NCBI GenBank assembly: GCA_902801885.1
Contig: CADCJX010000001.1
Span: forward strand, 3,961 to 67,960
From: an uncultured Bacteroidia bacterium
GTDB lineage: Bacteria > Bacteroidota > Bacteroidia > Bacteroidales > UBA932
Length of the DNA stretch: 64,000 nt
Direction of reading: 5' to 3'
Part shown: one piece after another, positions 1-8,521 of the stretch
Layout of the letters: the number at the start of each line of letters is the position of its first letter
Numbering within the stretch: the first letter of the stretch is position 1
Notes under the pieces: generated by a model
The model's database searches: none
What the model was told of the DNA's origin: nothing
The model's input: only the letters and a program-made list of their open reading frames with translations
Translations under genes and position numbers: made by a program

Positions 1-84
1 AAGGTAGCATTTTTTTACAAAAGATTCACCCAGGCAATCCGTAACCGGACTGTCGGGGTGTAATCATTTCGATAAACATGGAAT

Positions 85-318
85 TTACCGAGTGTACACC
101 TGGCTCTCCCTGGAAGGGCACTCCGTCTGCCCAAAAGAGGGCATATCCGGAGCAATCAGATGATACTTGTCGGCCAGTTCGGGCATCAGGTCCCGGAACA
201 TGTGGCTTGCCGAAGGGAATCCGTGCAGCAGAAGGATGGTAGGATTCTCCGGATTCCCGGCTTCGCGGTAGAAGATTTTGCAGTTATTGACAGACAGATA
301 TTGATATTTCATTTTCAA
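85..318 (-). pseudogene. alpha/beta hydrolase, N-terminal fragment only (77 codons, premature stop)
   Basis: The translation ..FYREAGNPENPTILLLHGFPSASHMFRDLMPELADKYHLIAPDMPSFGQ.. matches the N-terminal HGFP region of epoxide-hydrolase/haloalkane-dehalogenase-type alpha/beta hydrolases, which are normally about 270-300 aa. The ORF stops before any nucleophile elbow. Another frame downstream reads LGKFHVYRNDYTPTVRLRIA and looks like a decayed continuation. Confidence 0.6.
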
Positions 319-376
319 CTCTCAATTTATCAGTCACCAAGTTACGAAAAATATGCAGAGATGAAGACATGGTTCC

Positions 377-820
377 CTATTTCCAGTGTTTCAACCGGGA
401 CAGGTGGGTGTCAAATAGTGCCCGACGCTCACTTTTCGATTGGTTCTCCGGATTCGGCATGTGATCGACCAGGAAGTCCAGCAGGGATTCCTTGCTTTCG
501 TATGCGAACTGGCCATCGGCATAGCACCATTTGCAATAATCCTCATTGAGACTGCCGTCCGCTTCACGGCTGATCATCGCGTCATCCGATAGCGGCATTC
601 CGCAGCACTGACAGTAAAGCGTCCGGGGCGAGCCCAAAAGCGTATTGATTGATACTCCGAATTCTCGGGACAAGACCTTGAGCAACTCCGGATTGGGTTG
701 CGTTATGCCGGTCTCCCAACGGCTTACAGCCTGTCTGGTAACGCCGATACGCTCGGCCATCTGTTCCTGAGTCAGGTGGTTCTTTTCGCGCAAATTCCGT
801 AAAATGTCTTTTACTTCCAT
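377..820 (-). CDS. XRE-family HTH transcriptional regulator with C-terminal zinc-ribbon domain
   Basis: The N-terminus LTQEQMAERIGVTRQAVSRWETG is a classic XRE HTH. The C-terminal CQCCGMP...CKWC gives two Cys pairs (zinc ribbon). Confidence 0.85.
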   Translation of the reverse strand: MEVKDILRNLREKNHLTQEQMAERIGVTRQAVSRWETGITQPNPELLKVLSREFGVSINTLLGSPRTLYCQCCGMPLSDDAMISREADGSLNEDYCKWCYADGQFAYESKESLLDFLVDHMPNPENQSKSERRALFDTHLSRLKHWK

Positions 821-845
821 TGTCTTATCGTCTTAGTTGATGGAG

Positions 846-853
846 CAAAGTTA
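846..853 (-). promoter_or_regulatory. Bacteroidota -7 promoter box (TAACTTTG on minus strand)
   Basis: The plus strand reads caaagtta, whose reverse complement TAacTTTG fits TAnnTTTG. It lies 26 nt upstream of the start at 820. Confidence 0.45.
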
Positions 854-931
854 CGAAGTCTGAAAATACGTGTCAAGAAACAAGTTGTTGCTTTTTGCCG
901 ATGCTCTGACAATAAGAGGGAATGCACTGCT

Positions 932-1438
932 TTAAAAGAAGTTGTCTTTCCGATACAGCTTCACATCCCGCGCCATTCCGCTTTTAATCACTTTTTCAAC
1001 AACTGTTTCTTCCAGCCGGAAGCCATTTTTCTCCAGCACGCGCACTGATGCCACATTCTCAGGGAACACCTGGCCGATAATCCTGTCAAGTGCCAATTCC
1101 TGAAATGCAATCCCGCAGATCTGTCTTACTGCCTCCGTACCAATCCCCTGCGCCCAGAACGGAGTCAGGATCATATAGCCAATCGATCCGACATTGCGCT
1201 GTTCATCAGAGTTCCTCTCCACGGAGATGCTGCCGACAAGTTCGCTGTCGGCCCAAATGGACCGCCAGATACCCTCCTTCCCATCATTCTCCACAACCAT
1301 TCCGAGCCACCAATCGGCATCCACCTCAGTGTATGGATATGGCAGCCGGTCCGACAGGAAGGTCCTATCCACGGCGTTGCACATCGACATCAGCGCCGGC
1401 TTGTCTGATGTGCTCCAGGTATGAAGGGTAATCGTCAT
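932..1438 (-). CDS. GNAT family N-acetyltransferase (RimJ/RimL-like)
   Basis: 168 aa. The FWAQGIGTEAVRQICGIAF..LDRIIGQVFPENVASVRVLEKNGF pattern is typical of the acetyl-CoA binding core of RimJ-like GNATs. Confidence 0.8.
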   Translation of the reverse strand: MTITLHTWSTSDKPALMSMCNAVDRTFLSDRLPYPYTEVDADWWLGMVVENDGKEGIWRSIWADSELVGSISVERNSDEQRNVGSIGYMILTPFWAQGIGTEAVRQICGIAFQELALDRIIGQVFPENVASVRVLEKNGFRLEETVVEKVIKSGMARDVKLYRKDNFF

Positions 1439-1464
1439 CGGTATTCAGACTGATAAAATGGAAT

Positions 1465-1791
1465 TTACTTGAGCGGATTCTTCATCGCTTTCGGCTTAGG
1501 AAGAGCCATAATCGTGACTTTGACGAGCGACATCATATACTCCCTGTCATCTACATCGCTGATGAAGAAATAGTCCTTGGCACCATCGTATGGTGACCGG
1601 AGGATGACTTCCTTCAGTACTGCTCTTCCTGGCTCTGTTACCTTCACGTAGAAGTTATTGTCGCAGATGAGACAAAAGAGAACGCCATCGCAATAGACAC
1701 AGTAATCTCCCATCATTTTCTTCACGGCAATCTCACCGGCGTCGGAGCACTGGTCGATGACATATTGAACGAAGTCAGGATTGCAAGCCAT
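1465..1791 (-). CDS. TfoX/Sxy N-terminal domain protein
   Basis: 108 aa. It reads ..KKMMGDYCVYCDGVLFCLICDNNFYVKV.., typical of the TfoX_N family. Confidence 0.7.
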   Translation of the reverse strand: MACNPDFVQYVIDQCSDAGEIAVKKMMGDYCVYCDGVLFCLICDNNFYVKVTEPGRAVLKEVILRSPYDGAKDYFFISDVDDREYMMSLVKVTIMALPKPKAMKNPLK

Positions 1792-1819
1792 AAATCACGA
1801 TTTGTCGAATTGATTCTTG

Positions 1820-2701
1820 CTAATACTTGATCATGAAATAATCCAGCAAGGCCTTGTAGTTGTCCTGCGCTGTAAGGCAGGTGTCCATAAAGTAACCGTT
1901 CACGTGTCCCCATTCCCGGAGACCGCGGTAATAGAAGAGTTTGAGTTCTTCGGTGATGATGAACGGTACGATACCGTTTGCCAGGCATTCCTTGAACATC
2001 AGGAGCCTTCCAACGCGCCCGTTCCCGTCTTGGAAGGGATGGATCGTCTCGAACTTCTGATGCAGGTCGATGATATCCTCCAGTGTCTTTACAGTCTTGG
2101 CATTATAGGAAGAGAGCAACGCTTTCATCCGGGCATGCACTTGCTCCGGAGGGCACGTGGCGTTCCCTCCCACCTCATTGGGCAGTTTCTTATAGTCACC
2201 CACATTGAACCAGGCTTTCCTACTGTCGGATGTGCCTGTCTTCAGGATCCGGTGAATCTCCTTGATCAGCGGCTCGGTCAGTTTATCGCCGGCACGGTCG
2301 ATGATGAGGTCGATGCACCGGAAATGGTTTGTCGTCTCGACAATGTCATCGACGTTGACGCTCTCGTCCGTAATGCCGATCGTGTTCGTCTCAAAAATGA
2401 AACGCGTTTGTTCGTGGGTCAGACGGCTGCCCTCGATGTGATTGGAGTTATAGGTGAGGTCGATCTGAGTGCGATGATAGATACCCCCGCTCACCATTCC
2501 CTCCTTTTCTTCACGAAGTCGCTTCAGCAGGGGGCTCTCCATGGACTTCCCTTTCCTGGGAAGCGGAGCATCGGCCGGGATATTCCATGTCTTGCCGACA
2601 AGGATCGCCCTCTCCATCTTTCCCGTAGCGCACCAGTTTCTGACGGTTCGCTCGGAGATTCCATTTTGTTCGGCATACTGACTTACGGATAACATTTCCA
2701 T
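1820..2701 (-). CDS. Fic family protein with N-terminal HTH domain
   Basis: The Fic motif HPFQDGNGRVGR is present. The N-terminus LSVSQYAEQNGISERTVRNWC is an HTH. Confidence 0.9.
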   Translation of the reverse strand: MEMLSVSQYAEQNGISERTVRNWCATGKMERAILVGKTWNIPADAPLPRKGKSMESPLLKRLREEKEGMVSGGIYHRTQIDLTYNSNHIEGSRLTHEQTRFIFETNTIGITDESVNVDDIVETTNHFRCIDLIIDRAGDKLTEPLIKEIHRILKTGTSDSRKAWFNVGDYKKLPNEVGGNATCPPEQVHARMKALLSSYNAKTVKTLEDIIDLHQKFETIHPFQDGNGRVGRLLMFKECLANGIVPFIITEELKLFYYRGLREWGHVNGYFMDTCLTAQDNYKALLDYFMIKY

Positions 2702-2705
2702 GGAA

Positions 2706-2767
2706 TCGGCAAATAAAGGGTTGAACCAGTTACAAATATAGTAAAATTTGCCGACATCGGCAAATAA
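2706..2767 (-). promoter_or_regulatory. Fic promoter region: -7 box (2733-2740) plus palindromic candidate operator (2746-2765) and a repeated half-site (2706-2716)
   Basis: The plus-strand caaatata is the reverse complement of TAtaTTTG. The inverted repeat atttgccga-ca-tcggcaaat has perfect 9-bp arms. The 11-mer tcggcaaataa occurs twice, at 2706-2716 and 2757-2767. Confidence 0.5.
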
Positions 2768-2782
2768 CTATGACTATTCGTC

Positions 2783-3400
2783 TTGAAAGCCTCTTATTCT
2801 TGCCGATTTGTTGACCGATGCTCCTGCCCGGCAAAACAGGACTTATGGTTCTGGGAGGGCGATCAAGACAACGCGCTGTCGGTCGGTTACCGTCTCATCG
2901 ATACGGCCCAGGCCTACTTCAACGAGGAAGGCGTGGGCGATGCCATCGCAGAGTCCGGCATTCCCCGCGAGGAGATATTCCTTGTGACGAAGGTCTGGAT
3001 CAGCAACAACGGCGAGAAAAAGGCTGCCGCCTCCATCGACGAGAGCCTCCGGAAGCTGAAGACCGACTACATCGACCTGCTTCTGATCCACCAGGCCTAC
3101 GGCGACGTGTTCGGCACCTGGCGGGCGATGGAGAAGGCCTACAGGGACGGCAAGGTCCGCGCCATCGGCGTGAGCAATTTCCAGGCTGGCCGTTTCTTCG
3201 ACCTCGCGCACTATGTGGACGTCAAGCCGATGGTGAACCAGCTCCAGTGCAACGTGATGGTCCAACAGAGGGGCATCGAACCGATCCTCGCGGAATTCAA
3301 CACGAAAATGATGGCCTGGGGCCCTCTCGGCGGCCAGGGCGTGGACGGCATCGTGAAGAATGAGAAACTCGCTGCAATAGGATCGAAATACGGCAAGAGC
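2783..3400 (+). pseudogene. aldo/keto reductase remnant (N-terminus decayed, C-terminus deleted)
   Basis: The core GYRLIDTAQAYFNEEGVGDAI..REEIFLVTKVW..DYIDLLLIHQ..VRAIGVSNF..KYGKS is clearly AKR. The usual N-terminal beta-hairpin is out of frame, and the last ~60 aa are missing. Homology ends at KYGKS (about 3400). Confidence 0.7.
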
Positions 3401-3603
3401 TCATTCACCAATACTCCGGGCAGACGCCGATGCAGTGGATAGTTTCCTACACAATCAGCCAAGCGAAACATCTGCTATCACAAACGGAACTCTCTGTCAA
3501 GGTAATAGCAGAAAGACTCGGCTTTCCGGAACAGTTCACTTTCCGTAAATACTTCAAGACCCACGCAGGGGAATCTCCAACGGCATTCCGGCGTAAAAAA
3601 TAA
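3397..3603 (+). pseudogene. AraC-family regulator, C-terminal HTH fragment only
   Basis: Frame 1 reads ELIHQYSGQTPMQWIVSYTISQAKHLLSQTELSVKVIAERLGFPEQFTFRKYFKTHAGESPTAFRRKK then a stop. This is the second HTH of AraC/XylS proteins with no upstream sensor domain, and it abuts the AKR remnant. Confidence 0.7.
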
Positions 3604-3656
3604 GGAAAAGGGATAATGTGAAGTCATCAAGTCAAAAGGCCTTACCCGGCTGTTGA

Positions 3657-4223
3657 TCAGATCTTGTATATCATCCTCTGGAAGTCGACGCCGAACACAT
3701 GACGATGATCTGCCGGGACAAAACCGATCGATTCATATAAGCGGATGAGGTGTTGCATCTCGCTGTCAGCCACCAGGGCAATCTGGTCGTATCCAAGGTC
3801 ACTCCCCTTTCTTATCCCATCCAGCAGCAATGCTTTCCCGATGCCATGATGGCGACAGGACGGTATTACGGCCAGCGAATCGAGATAATATTCCCCAGGA
3901 CCGGTTTCCATCTCCGAATCAGCATCCATCTGCGCCATGTCCGGCCAGAGCTCACTAAAAGTCTTGTGGCGCATTTCCTTGTAGATCTCTCCTGGATAGG
4001 AAAGCAGGGATCCGACTGTGACACCATCCAATTCCGCGACACGTGTGTATCGGAAACTATAGAGGAGATCTTCCCGCCTTTCACTTTCGATGAGCCGCTC
4101 ATATATGTCCGCATCATCAGGAACGTCCGTTTCGAAGTCATAGAAATGCATCCCGGCCATGATGCATTTGGCCAGGAAAGGAGCGTCGTCCGGACGAGCA
4201 TCCCGTATGATATAGTCTGCCAT
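3657..4223 (-). CDS. GNAT family N-acetyltransferase
   Basis: It contains ..LAVIPSCRHHGIGKALLLDGI..GYDQIALVADSE... The start is set at MADYII (4223) because the -7 box at 4238-4245 overlaps the longer ORF start. Confidence 0.8.
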   Translation of the reverse strand: MADYIIRDARPDDAPFLAKCIMAGMHFYDFETDVPDDADIYERLIESERREDLLYSFRYTRVAELDGVTVGSLLSYPGEIYKEMRHKTFSELWPDMAQMDADSEMETGPGEYYLDSLAVIPSCRHHGIGKALLLDGIRKGSDLGYDQIALVADSEMQHLIRLYESIGFVPADHRHVFGVDFQRMIYKI

Positions 4224-4237
4224 TAGATTACCAGGCA

Positions 4238-4245
4238 CAAATTTA
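4238..4245 (-). promoter_or_regulatory. -7 promoter box (TAAATTTG on minus strand)
   Basis: The plus-strand caaattta sits 15 nt upstream of the ATG at 4223. Confidence 0.4.
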
Positions 4246-4386
4246 CTGCTTTATCCACAACTAGACAAAGGTTGTAAAAACGTTGCTTTGCACATAAGAA
4301 AGAATTATCATTTGATGTGTAGTCAATTATTTGTAAATTAGCGGTATTGCCAATTGGGCAAACGCGTCATGAAAAAACATAAGTAA

Positions 4387-4650
4387 GAGGCACGGCACTC
4401 GGTGAGAAAGTACAAGGACGAACCCATCCCCGAGGAGATCCTTGTCATCCTGCGCGACAGAATCCGCGAAATCAATGAGAAGGCAGGTCTTCACATCCAG
4501 TTGGTGACCGGCGAACCCAAGGCCTTCAGCGGCCTTATGGCCTACGGCTCTTTCTCGGGTGTGAAGAATTATTTGGTGATGGTCGGAAAAAAGGGAGATG
4601 AAGCGCAGCGAGATTCGCCAGGCAGCTGGAGCCTGAAGAAAGTATTATAA
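4387..4650 (+). pseudogene. nitroreductase family stub (both ends missing)
   Basis: The open frame reads EARHSVRKYKDEPIPEEILVILRD..GLHIQLVTGEPKAFSG..NYLVMVGKKGDE. The RHSVRKY motif normally lies about 10-15 aa into a 170-200 aa protein. No start codon precedes it, and the frame ends after 87 codons. Confidence 0.65.
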
Positions 4651-4651
4651 T

Positions 4652-5020
4652 ATGACGCTAGAAGTTATCAATGAAGTCTTTTCCATCTGCAAGCTGAATG
4701 ATTACTCGCAGACGGATATCAATGTTCCCTTAATATTCACAGGCTCGACAGATAAGGAAAAATCCATGGTCTGCCCTACACGTCTCTTGCCCTCGAATGT
4801 GGTTGAACGATCTGACGGATGGCGGGCTTTCCGGATATAAGGTGTACTGGATTTCTCACTGATAGGGATTCTCGCAAAGATCTCTGCCATCCTAGCCGGG
4901 AACGGAATCGGTATATTCGTGATTTCTACTTTCAATACAGACTATATTCTTACAAAAGCCGACCGGTTCGAGGAGGTATTGCAGTTGCTTTCATCCGCCG
5001 GATATGCTATTAAATACTGA
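4652..5020 (+). pseudogene. ACT-domain protein (ACT_7-like) interrupted by in-frame TAA at 4838-4840
   Basis: ORF 4652-4840 ends ..DGWRAFRI then a stop. The same frame continues GVLDFSLIGILAKISAILAGNGIGIFVISTFNTDYILTKADRFEEVLQLLSSAGYAIKY to the TGA at 5018-5020. Together this is a normal ~122 aa ACT protein. Confidence 0.75.
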
Positions 5021-5028
5021 AACAGGCA

Positions 5029-5505
5029 ATGAATGCATTCAACATCCGTCCAGCCAGGCCCGATGAAGCCGGCGTCGTCCTCGATCTGATAAAACAGCTC
5101 GCTGTCTATGAAAGATGCGAGAATGATGTCGTCGCCGACGAAGCTACCATACTCCAGTCCCTATTCGTGGAGCGGTCTGCCGAGGTCGTCCTTGCCGAGG
5201 AGGAGGGTATGGTCGTGGGCTTTGCCCTTTTCTTCCATAACTTCTCTACCTTTGTCGGTCGGAAAGGGATGTATTTGGAAGACCTATTTGTCATCCCCGA
5301 GAAACGTGGTCTGGGCTATGGGAAGGCCCTCCTGAAATATGTAGCAAAGCTCGCCGTGCAGAGGAACTGCGGCCGCATGGAGTGGATCTGCCTGGACTGG
5401 AACGAACCCTCCTTGAGAATCTACCGTTCCATCGGCGCCGTACCCATGTCAGACTGGACGCTCCAGCGGCTGGACGAGCAGGCGCTGAAAGCATTCGCAA
5501 AGTAG
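5029..5505 (+). CDS. GNAT family N-acetyltransferase (diamine/SSAT-like)
   Basis: 158 aa. It reads ..LEDLFVIPEKRGLGYGKALLKYVAKLAVQRNCGRMEWICLDWNEPSLRIY.. Confidence 0.8.
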   Translation: MNAFNIRPARPDEAGVVLDLIKQLAVYERCENDVVADEATILQSLFVERSAEVVLAEEEGMVVGFALFFHNFSTFVGRKGMYLEDLFVIPEKRGLGYGKALLKYVAKLAVQRNCGRMEWICLDWNEPSLRIYRSIGAVPMSDWTLQRLDEQALKAFAK

Positions 5506-5553
5506 CCAATCAAGATCATTACATACCGGCCTATCGTTTCTCCGGGAAATGAG

Positions 5554-5561
5554 TAAATTTG
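5554..5561 (+). promoter_or_regulatory. -7 promoter box TAAATTTG upstream of greA
   Basis: An exact TAnnTTTG sits 5 nt before the ATG at 5566. Confidence 0.4.
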
Positions 5562-5565
5562 TGCC

Positions 5566-6036
5566 ATGGAATACCTGTCAAAACAACGATACGACGAGAT
5601 TTCAGCCGAGTTGAAGCACCTTATCGACGTGGTTTACCCAAAGGTGAAGGACGATCTCGCAGAGGCTCGCGCCCAGGGGGACCTGAGTGAGAATGCGGGG
5701 TACCGTGAAGCAAGGCGTATACAAGCGAAGACCATCAGCCGTATCCGCTTCCTGCAGAAGGTTCTGGAGCATTCCCGCGTGATCAACCCTGACGTCCTCC
5801 CCAAGGACAGGGTCAGCCTTCTAAGCCGTGTCGAATTCACGAACCTCTCTACGAATGCAGTCATGGAATTCGAGATTGTCAGCCCCCATGAGATGGACCT
5901 TGAAGCTGGCAAGATCTCTTTGAAATCACCTATCGGTGCCGCCCTGATGGGCAAGAAAGTCGGAGAAATCGCCGAAGCCAGAGTCCCTTCAGGAACCCTG
6001 CGCCTGAGAATCGAAAGCATAACACTGCCTGAATAA
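5566..6036 (+). CDS. greA: transcription elongation factor GreA
   Basis: It has ..AEARAQGDLSENAGYREARR.. (the coiled-coil acidic tip DLSEN) plus a C-terminal FKBP-like domain, at 156 aa. Confidence 0.9.
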   Translation: MEYLSKQRYDEISAELKHLIDVVYPKVKDDLAEARAQGDLSENAGYREARRIQAKTISRIRFLQKVLEHSRVINPDVLPKDRVSLLSRVEFTNLSTNAVMEFEIVSPHEMDLEAGKISLKSPIGAALMGKKVGEIAEARVPSGTLRLRIESITLPE

Positions 6037-6069
6037 GGGGCAGCGCAGAGTGCAAATACTGAAAACTCC

Positions 6070-6382
6070 ATGACCGACAAAGAACAAATTACCCGTCTCT
6101 ATGAAGACATGCTCCGCTACATGATCGCGAAGGACACTGTATCCCTCGGTGCTCTTCTGTCCGAAGACAGCGTGCTGGTGCATATGACCGGACATAGGCA
6201 GTCCAAATCGGAGTACCTCCGTGAGATCGCTTCCGGCGTGCTTAACTACTACAGGGCGCAGCCGGGTGAACGCCGCAGTATATGGCGGAGGGCGACATAC
6301 CTGGCCCCTTCAGATGGACGCCAGGCTGGAACGTATTGAGGGGCAGTGGAAGATCACTTGGACAAAAGCGTCAACTTATTAA
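6070..6382 (+). pseudogene. NTF2/SnoaL-like (DUF4440-type) protein with frameshift/deletion near 6253
   Basis: The frame from 6070 reads MTDKEQITRLYEDMLRYMIAKD..HMTGHRQSKSEYLREIASGVLNYY and then becomes nonsense. The +1 frame from 6254 reads GRSRVNAAVYGGGRHTWPLQMDARLERIEGQWKITWTKASTY then a stop, which is the typical C-terminus of this family. Confidence 0.6.
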
Positions 6383-6439
6383 TATCAGGAAAGACGTATT
6401 CGAGGGACTGCGGCGGGAGTTCCTATCATATTGATCGCT

Positions 6440-7252
6440 TTACTTCCCTGCCCTGTATTCGGACGGTGTGATACCCGCTACTCTTTTGAAATAACGTGTC
6501 AGCATCGGCGGGGCAGGGAAATGCATACGGTCGGTCACTTCAGTAAGCGTCAGGTCTGGATTGTTCAGCAGGAGCAGGATCTCGTGGAGTGTATAGTACT
6601 CAATCCAATAGGAGCCGCTCTTTCCCGTCATCTTCTGGCATATGGCTGACAGGTATTTCGGGGTGACGCAGAGTTTGTCGGCATACCTGGCCACTTCCCG
6701 CTCCTCACGGCAATGCTGCTGCACCAGATAGAGGAATTTCATGAATATACGGGCCGATGTCTCGTCTGTGTCCATTTTTTCCATCTCACGGGAATAGATG
6801 CCCCACATATCCATCAGAAGCAGTTGGAAAACCCTTCCCACCTTGTCATCAAAGAAGAGATTGAAGCGTGAGTGGATCCGGTGCCGGAACTGCTCGAAAT
6901 CGGCCTCGATGACATCCCATTCATCGTTTTCCAGGTGAAACACCGGATGGCTCTTGATATACACATACCCTTTGGTGGCCCACACCTGCTCCGGGTTGTA
7001 CAGATTCAGGAAGGGATTGGAAATGAGCACGAAATCAGCATCAAAAATCTCTGAGTACCACACGTTGGAAACTGCAGTGGTCATCTGCCAGATGACCAGG
7101 TCTCCAGGGCCTGCAGTGAAGGTTTTACCCACGGCATCGAAATGCATTTCGCCGCTGCGGCAAAGGATGTGGCAATGATAGTTCCCTTTATAGGCATCCG
7201 GATATTTACCGTCACCCAAAGTGTTGTATATCAAAAAATCTTCCATATCCAC
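6440..7252 (-). CDS. AraC family transcriptional regulator
   Basis: The C-terminus ..KYLSAICQKMTGKSGSYWIEYYTLHEILLLL..TEVTDRMHFPAPPMLTRYFKRVAGITPSEYR is the double HTH of AraC/XylS. Confidence 0.9.
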   Translation of the reverse strand: MDMEDFLIYNTLGDGKYPDAYKGNYHCHILCRSGEMHFDAVGKTFTAGPGDLVIWQMTTAVSNVWYSEIFDADFVLISNPFLNLYNPEQVWATKGYVYIKSHPVFHLENDEWDVIEADFEQFRHRIHSRFNLFFDDKVGRVFQLLLMDMWGIYSREMEKMDTDETSARIFMKFLYLVQQHCREEREVARYADKLCVTPKYLSAICQKMTGKSGSYWIEYYTLHEILLLLNNPDLTLTEVTDRMHFPAPPMLTRYFKRVAGITPSEYRAGK

Positions 7253-7299
7253 GAAGATATGGAAGATTCCGGGCTTATCAAAATTTCACTTGTCGTTCA

Positions 7300-7872
7300 C
7301 TAATCTCCGGTAACGAATTTCTCAATCTGGGCATCGCTGGAGCGGGCGACCGTACCGCGAAGGGAAAGACCTTTGGCGACTGTCGCGCCTTTGACGGCGG
7401 CCCTCAGGTCACGGAGTCCGCTGCCGAATCCGCTTCCCTCGTGAGTCGTGAATGGGATGACAGTCTTCCCGGACCAGTCATGCTTCTCGATAAAGGTGAA
7501 CATACACATCGGCAGTGTTCCCCACCAGCAAGGCCAGCCGATATAAATGGTATCGTACTTGGAAATATCGATATCGCCTTTGATTGCCGGACGGGCCTTG
7601 GAGTTCAATTCCTCTTTCGCTACATCGATGAGTTTCATATATTCATCCGGATAGTTTTTGACGGTCTCCACGCGGAAGATGTCTGCCTTCGCGAACTTCT
7701 GGATGCGCTCGGCCACTTCCTGTGTATTCCCTTTTTTCAGATTGATGACTCCGTCCGGCGTATAGGTCTCGCCAGGTTTGGAATAATAGACGACTAGCGT
7801 CTGGGCCGATGCCGTCAATGCAGCAAGGGCAAGGATTGCGGTAAGGATGATGCGTTTCATCGGATTATTCAC
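7300..7872 (-). CDS. flavodoxin-like protein with Sec signal peptide
   Basis: The signal peptide MKRIILTAILALAALTASAQ is followed by LVVYYSKPGETY..DTIYIGWPCWWGTLPM..TTHEGSGFG (Flavodoxin_4-like). Confidence 0.8.
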   Translation of the reverse strand: MNNPMKRIILTAILALAALTASAQTLVVYYSKPGETYTPDGVINLKKGNTQEVAERIQKFAKADIFRVETVKNYPDEYMKLIDVAKEELNSKARPAIKGDIDISKYDTIYIGWPCWWGTLPMCMFTFIEKHDWSGKTVIPFTTHEGSGFGSGLRDLRAAVKGATVAKGLSLRGTVARSSDAQIEKFVTGD

Positions 7873-7889
7873 TTCGTTCAGAATAACAA

Positions 7890-8420
7890 TTAACGAGCTT
7901 GTGATAGAATAAGATTCACTTCACGGTCACAGTGGGATGCGGTGGCACCGTGGATGGCAACACCGGCAGTGAGATTGGCGTCGGGAACGGCCATTTTTAT
8001 CTGACGGATGCTTCCGCCAAGGCCGCTGCCCTCGTGGGAGCAGAAAGGGACAATCTTCTTGCCAGAGAAATCATAGCTCTCCAGGAATGTAAAAACGGCC
8101 ATCGGAGGTACACCCCACCAATTGGGATAGCCCAGGATAATGGTGTCGTACTGATCCATATTCTCCACCTTGGCCGTAAGTTCCGGACGGGCCTTGGCAC
8201 GGAGTTCCTGTTTGGCCTCTTCGATACAGACCATATAGTCATCGGAGTATTTCTTCACCGTGTCAATCTGGAAGACATCAGCCTCCGGAAGCAGGGACTT
8301 GATCTTTTCGACGATAACCTCATTATTCCCTTTTGCAAGGAAACGGACGCTGCCGTCTACCCAGTTTTCTCCACGGCGGGAGTAGAATGCGATAAGAGTC
8401 TTTGCCATAGCTGTAATCAA
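7890..8420 (-). CDS. flavodoxin-like protein (cytoplasmic paralog)
   Basis: It reads LIAFYSRRGENW..DTIILGYPNWWGVPPM..CSHEGSGLG with no signal peptide. It is a paralog of 7300-7872. Confidence 0.85.
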   Translation of the reverse strand: MITAMAKTLIAFYSRRGENWVDGSVRFLAKGNNEVIVEKIKSLLPEADVFQIDTVKKYSDDYMVCIEEAKQELRAKARPELTAKVENMDQYDTIILGYPNWWGVPPMAVFTFLESYDFSGKKIVPFCSHEGSGLGGSIRQIKMAVPDANLTAGVAIHGATASHCDREVNLILSQAR

Positions 8421-8521
8421 TTAACTGATGCAAAGGTCGGCAGAATCTCCGGAAGACTCGTTATCAATTCTTCCGGAAGAATTATCGTGAGTTCTGAAAT
8501 CGCACCAGGATTGAGCCAGAG

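Noticed and set aside
1817-2692. A 291-aa plus-strand ORF.
   Set aside because: It is antisense to the Fic gene, which contains the diagnostic HPFQDGNGR motif.
1-6400. Reading the XRE / GNAT / TfoX / HTH-Fic / GNAT cluster as a toxin-antitoxin or defence island.
   Set aside because: The genes are individually common accessory genes. There are no cognate antitoxin partners (for example DUF1778 next to a GNAT), no integrase or att-like repeats, and no known defence signature genes. The evidence is insufficient.
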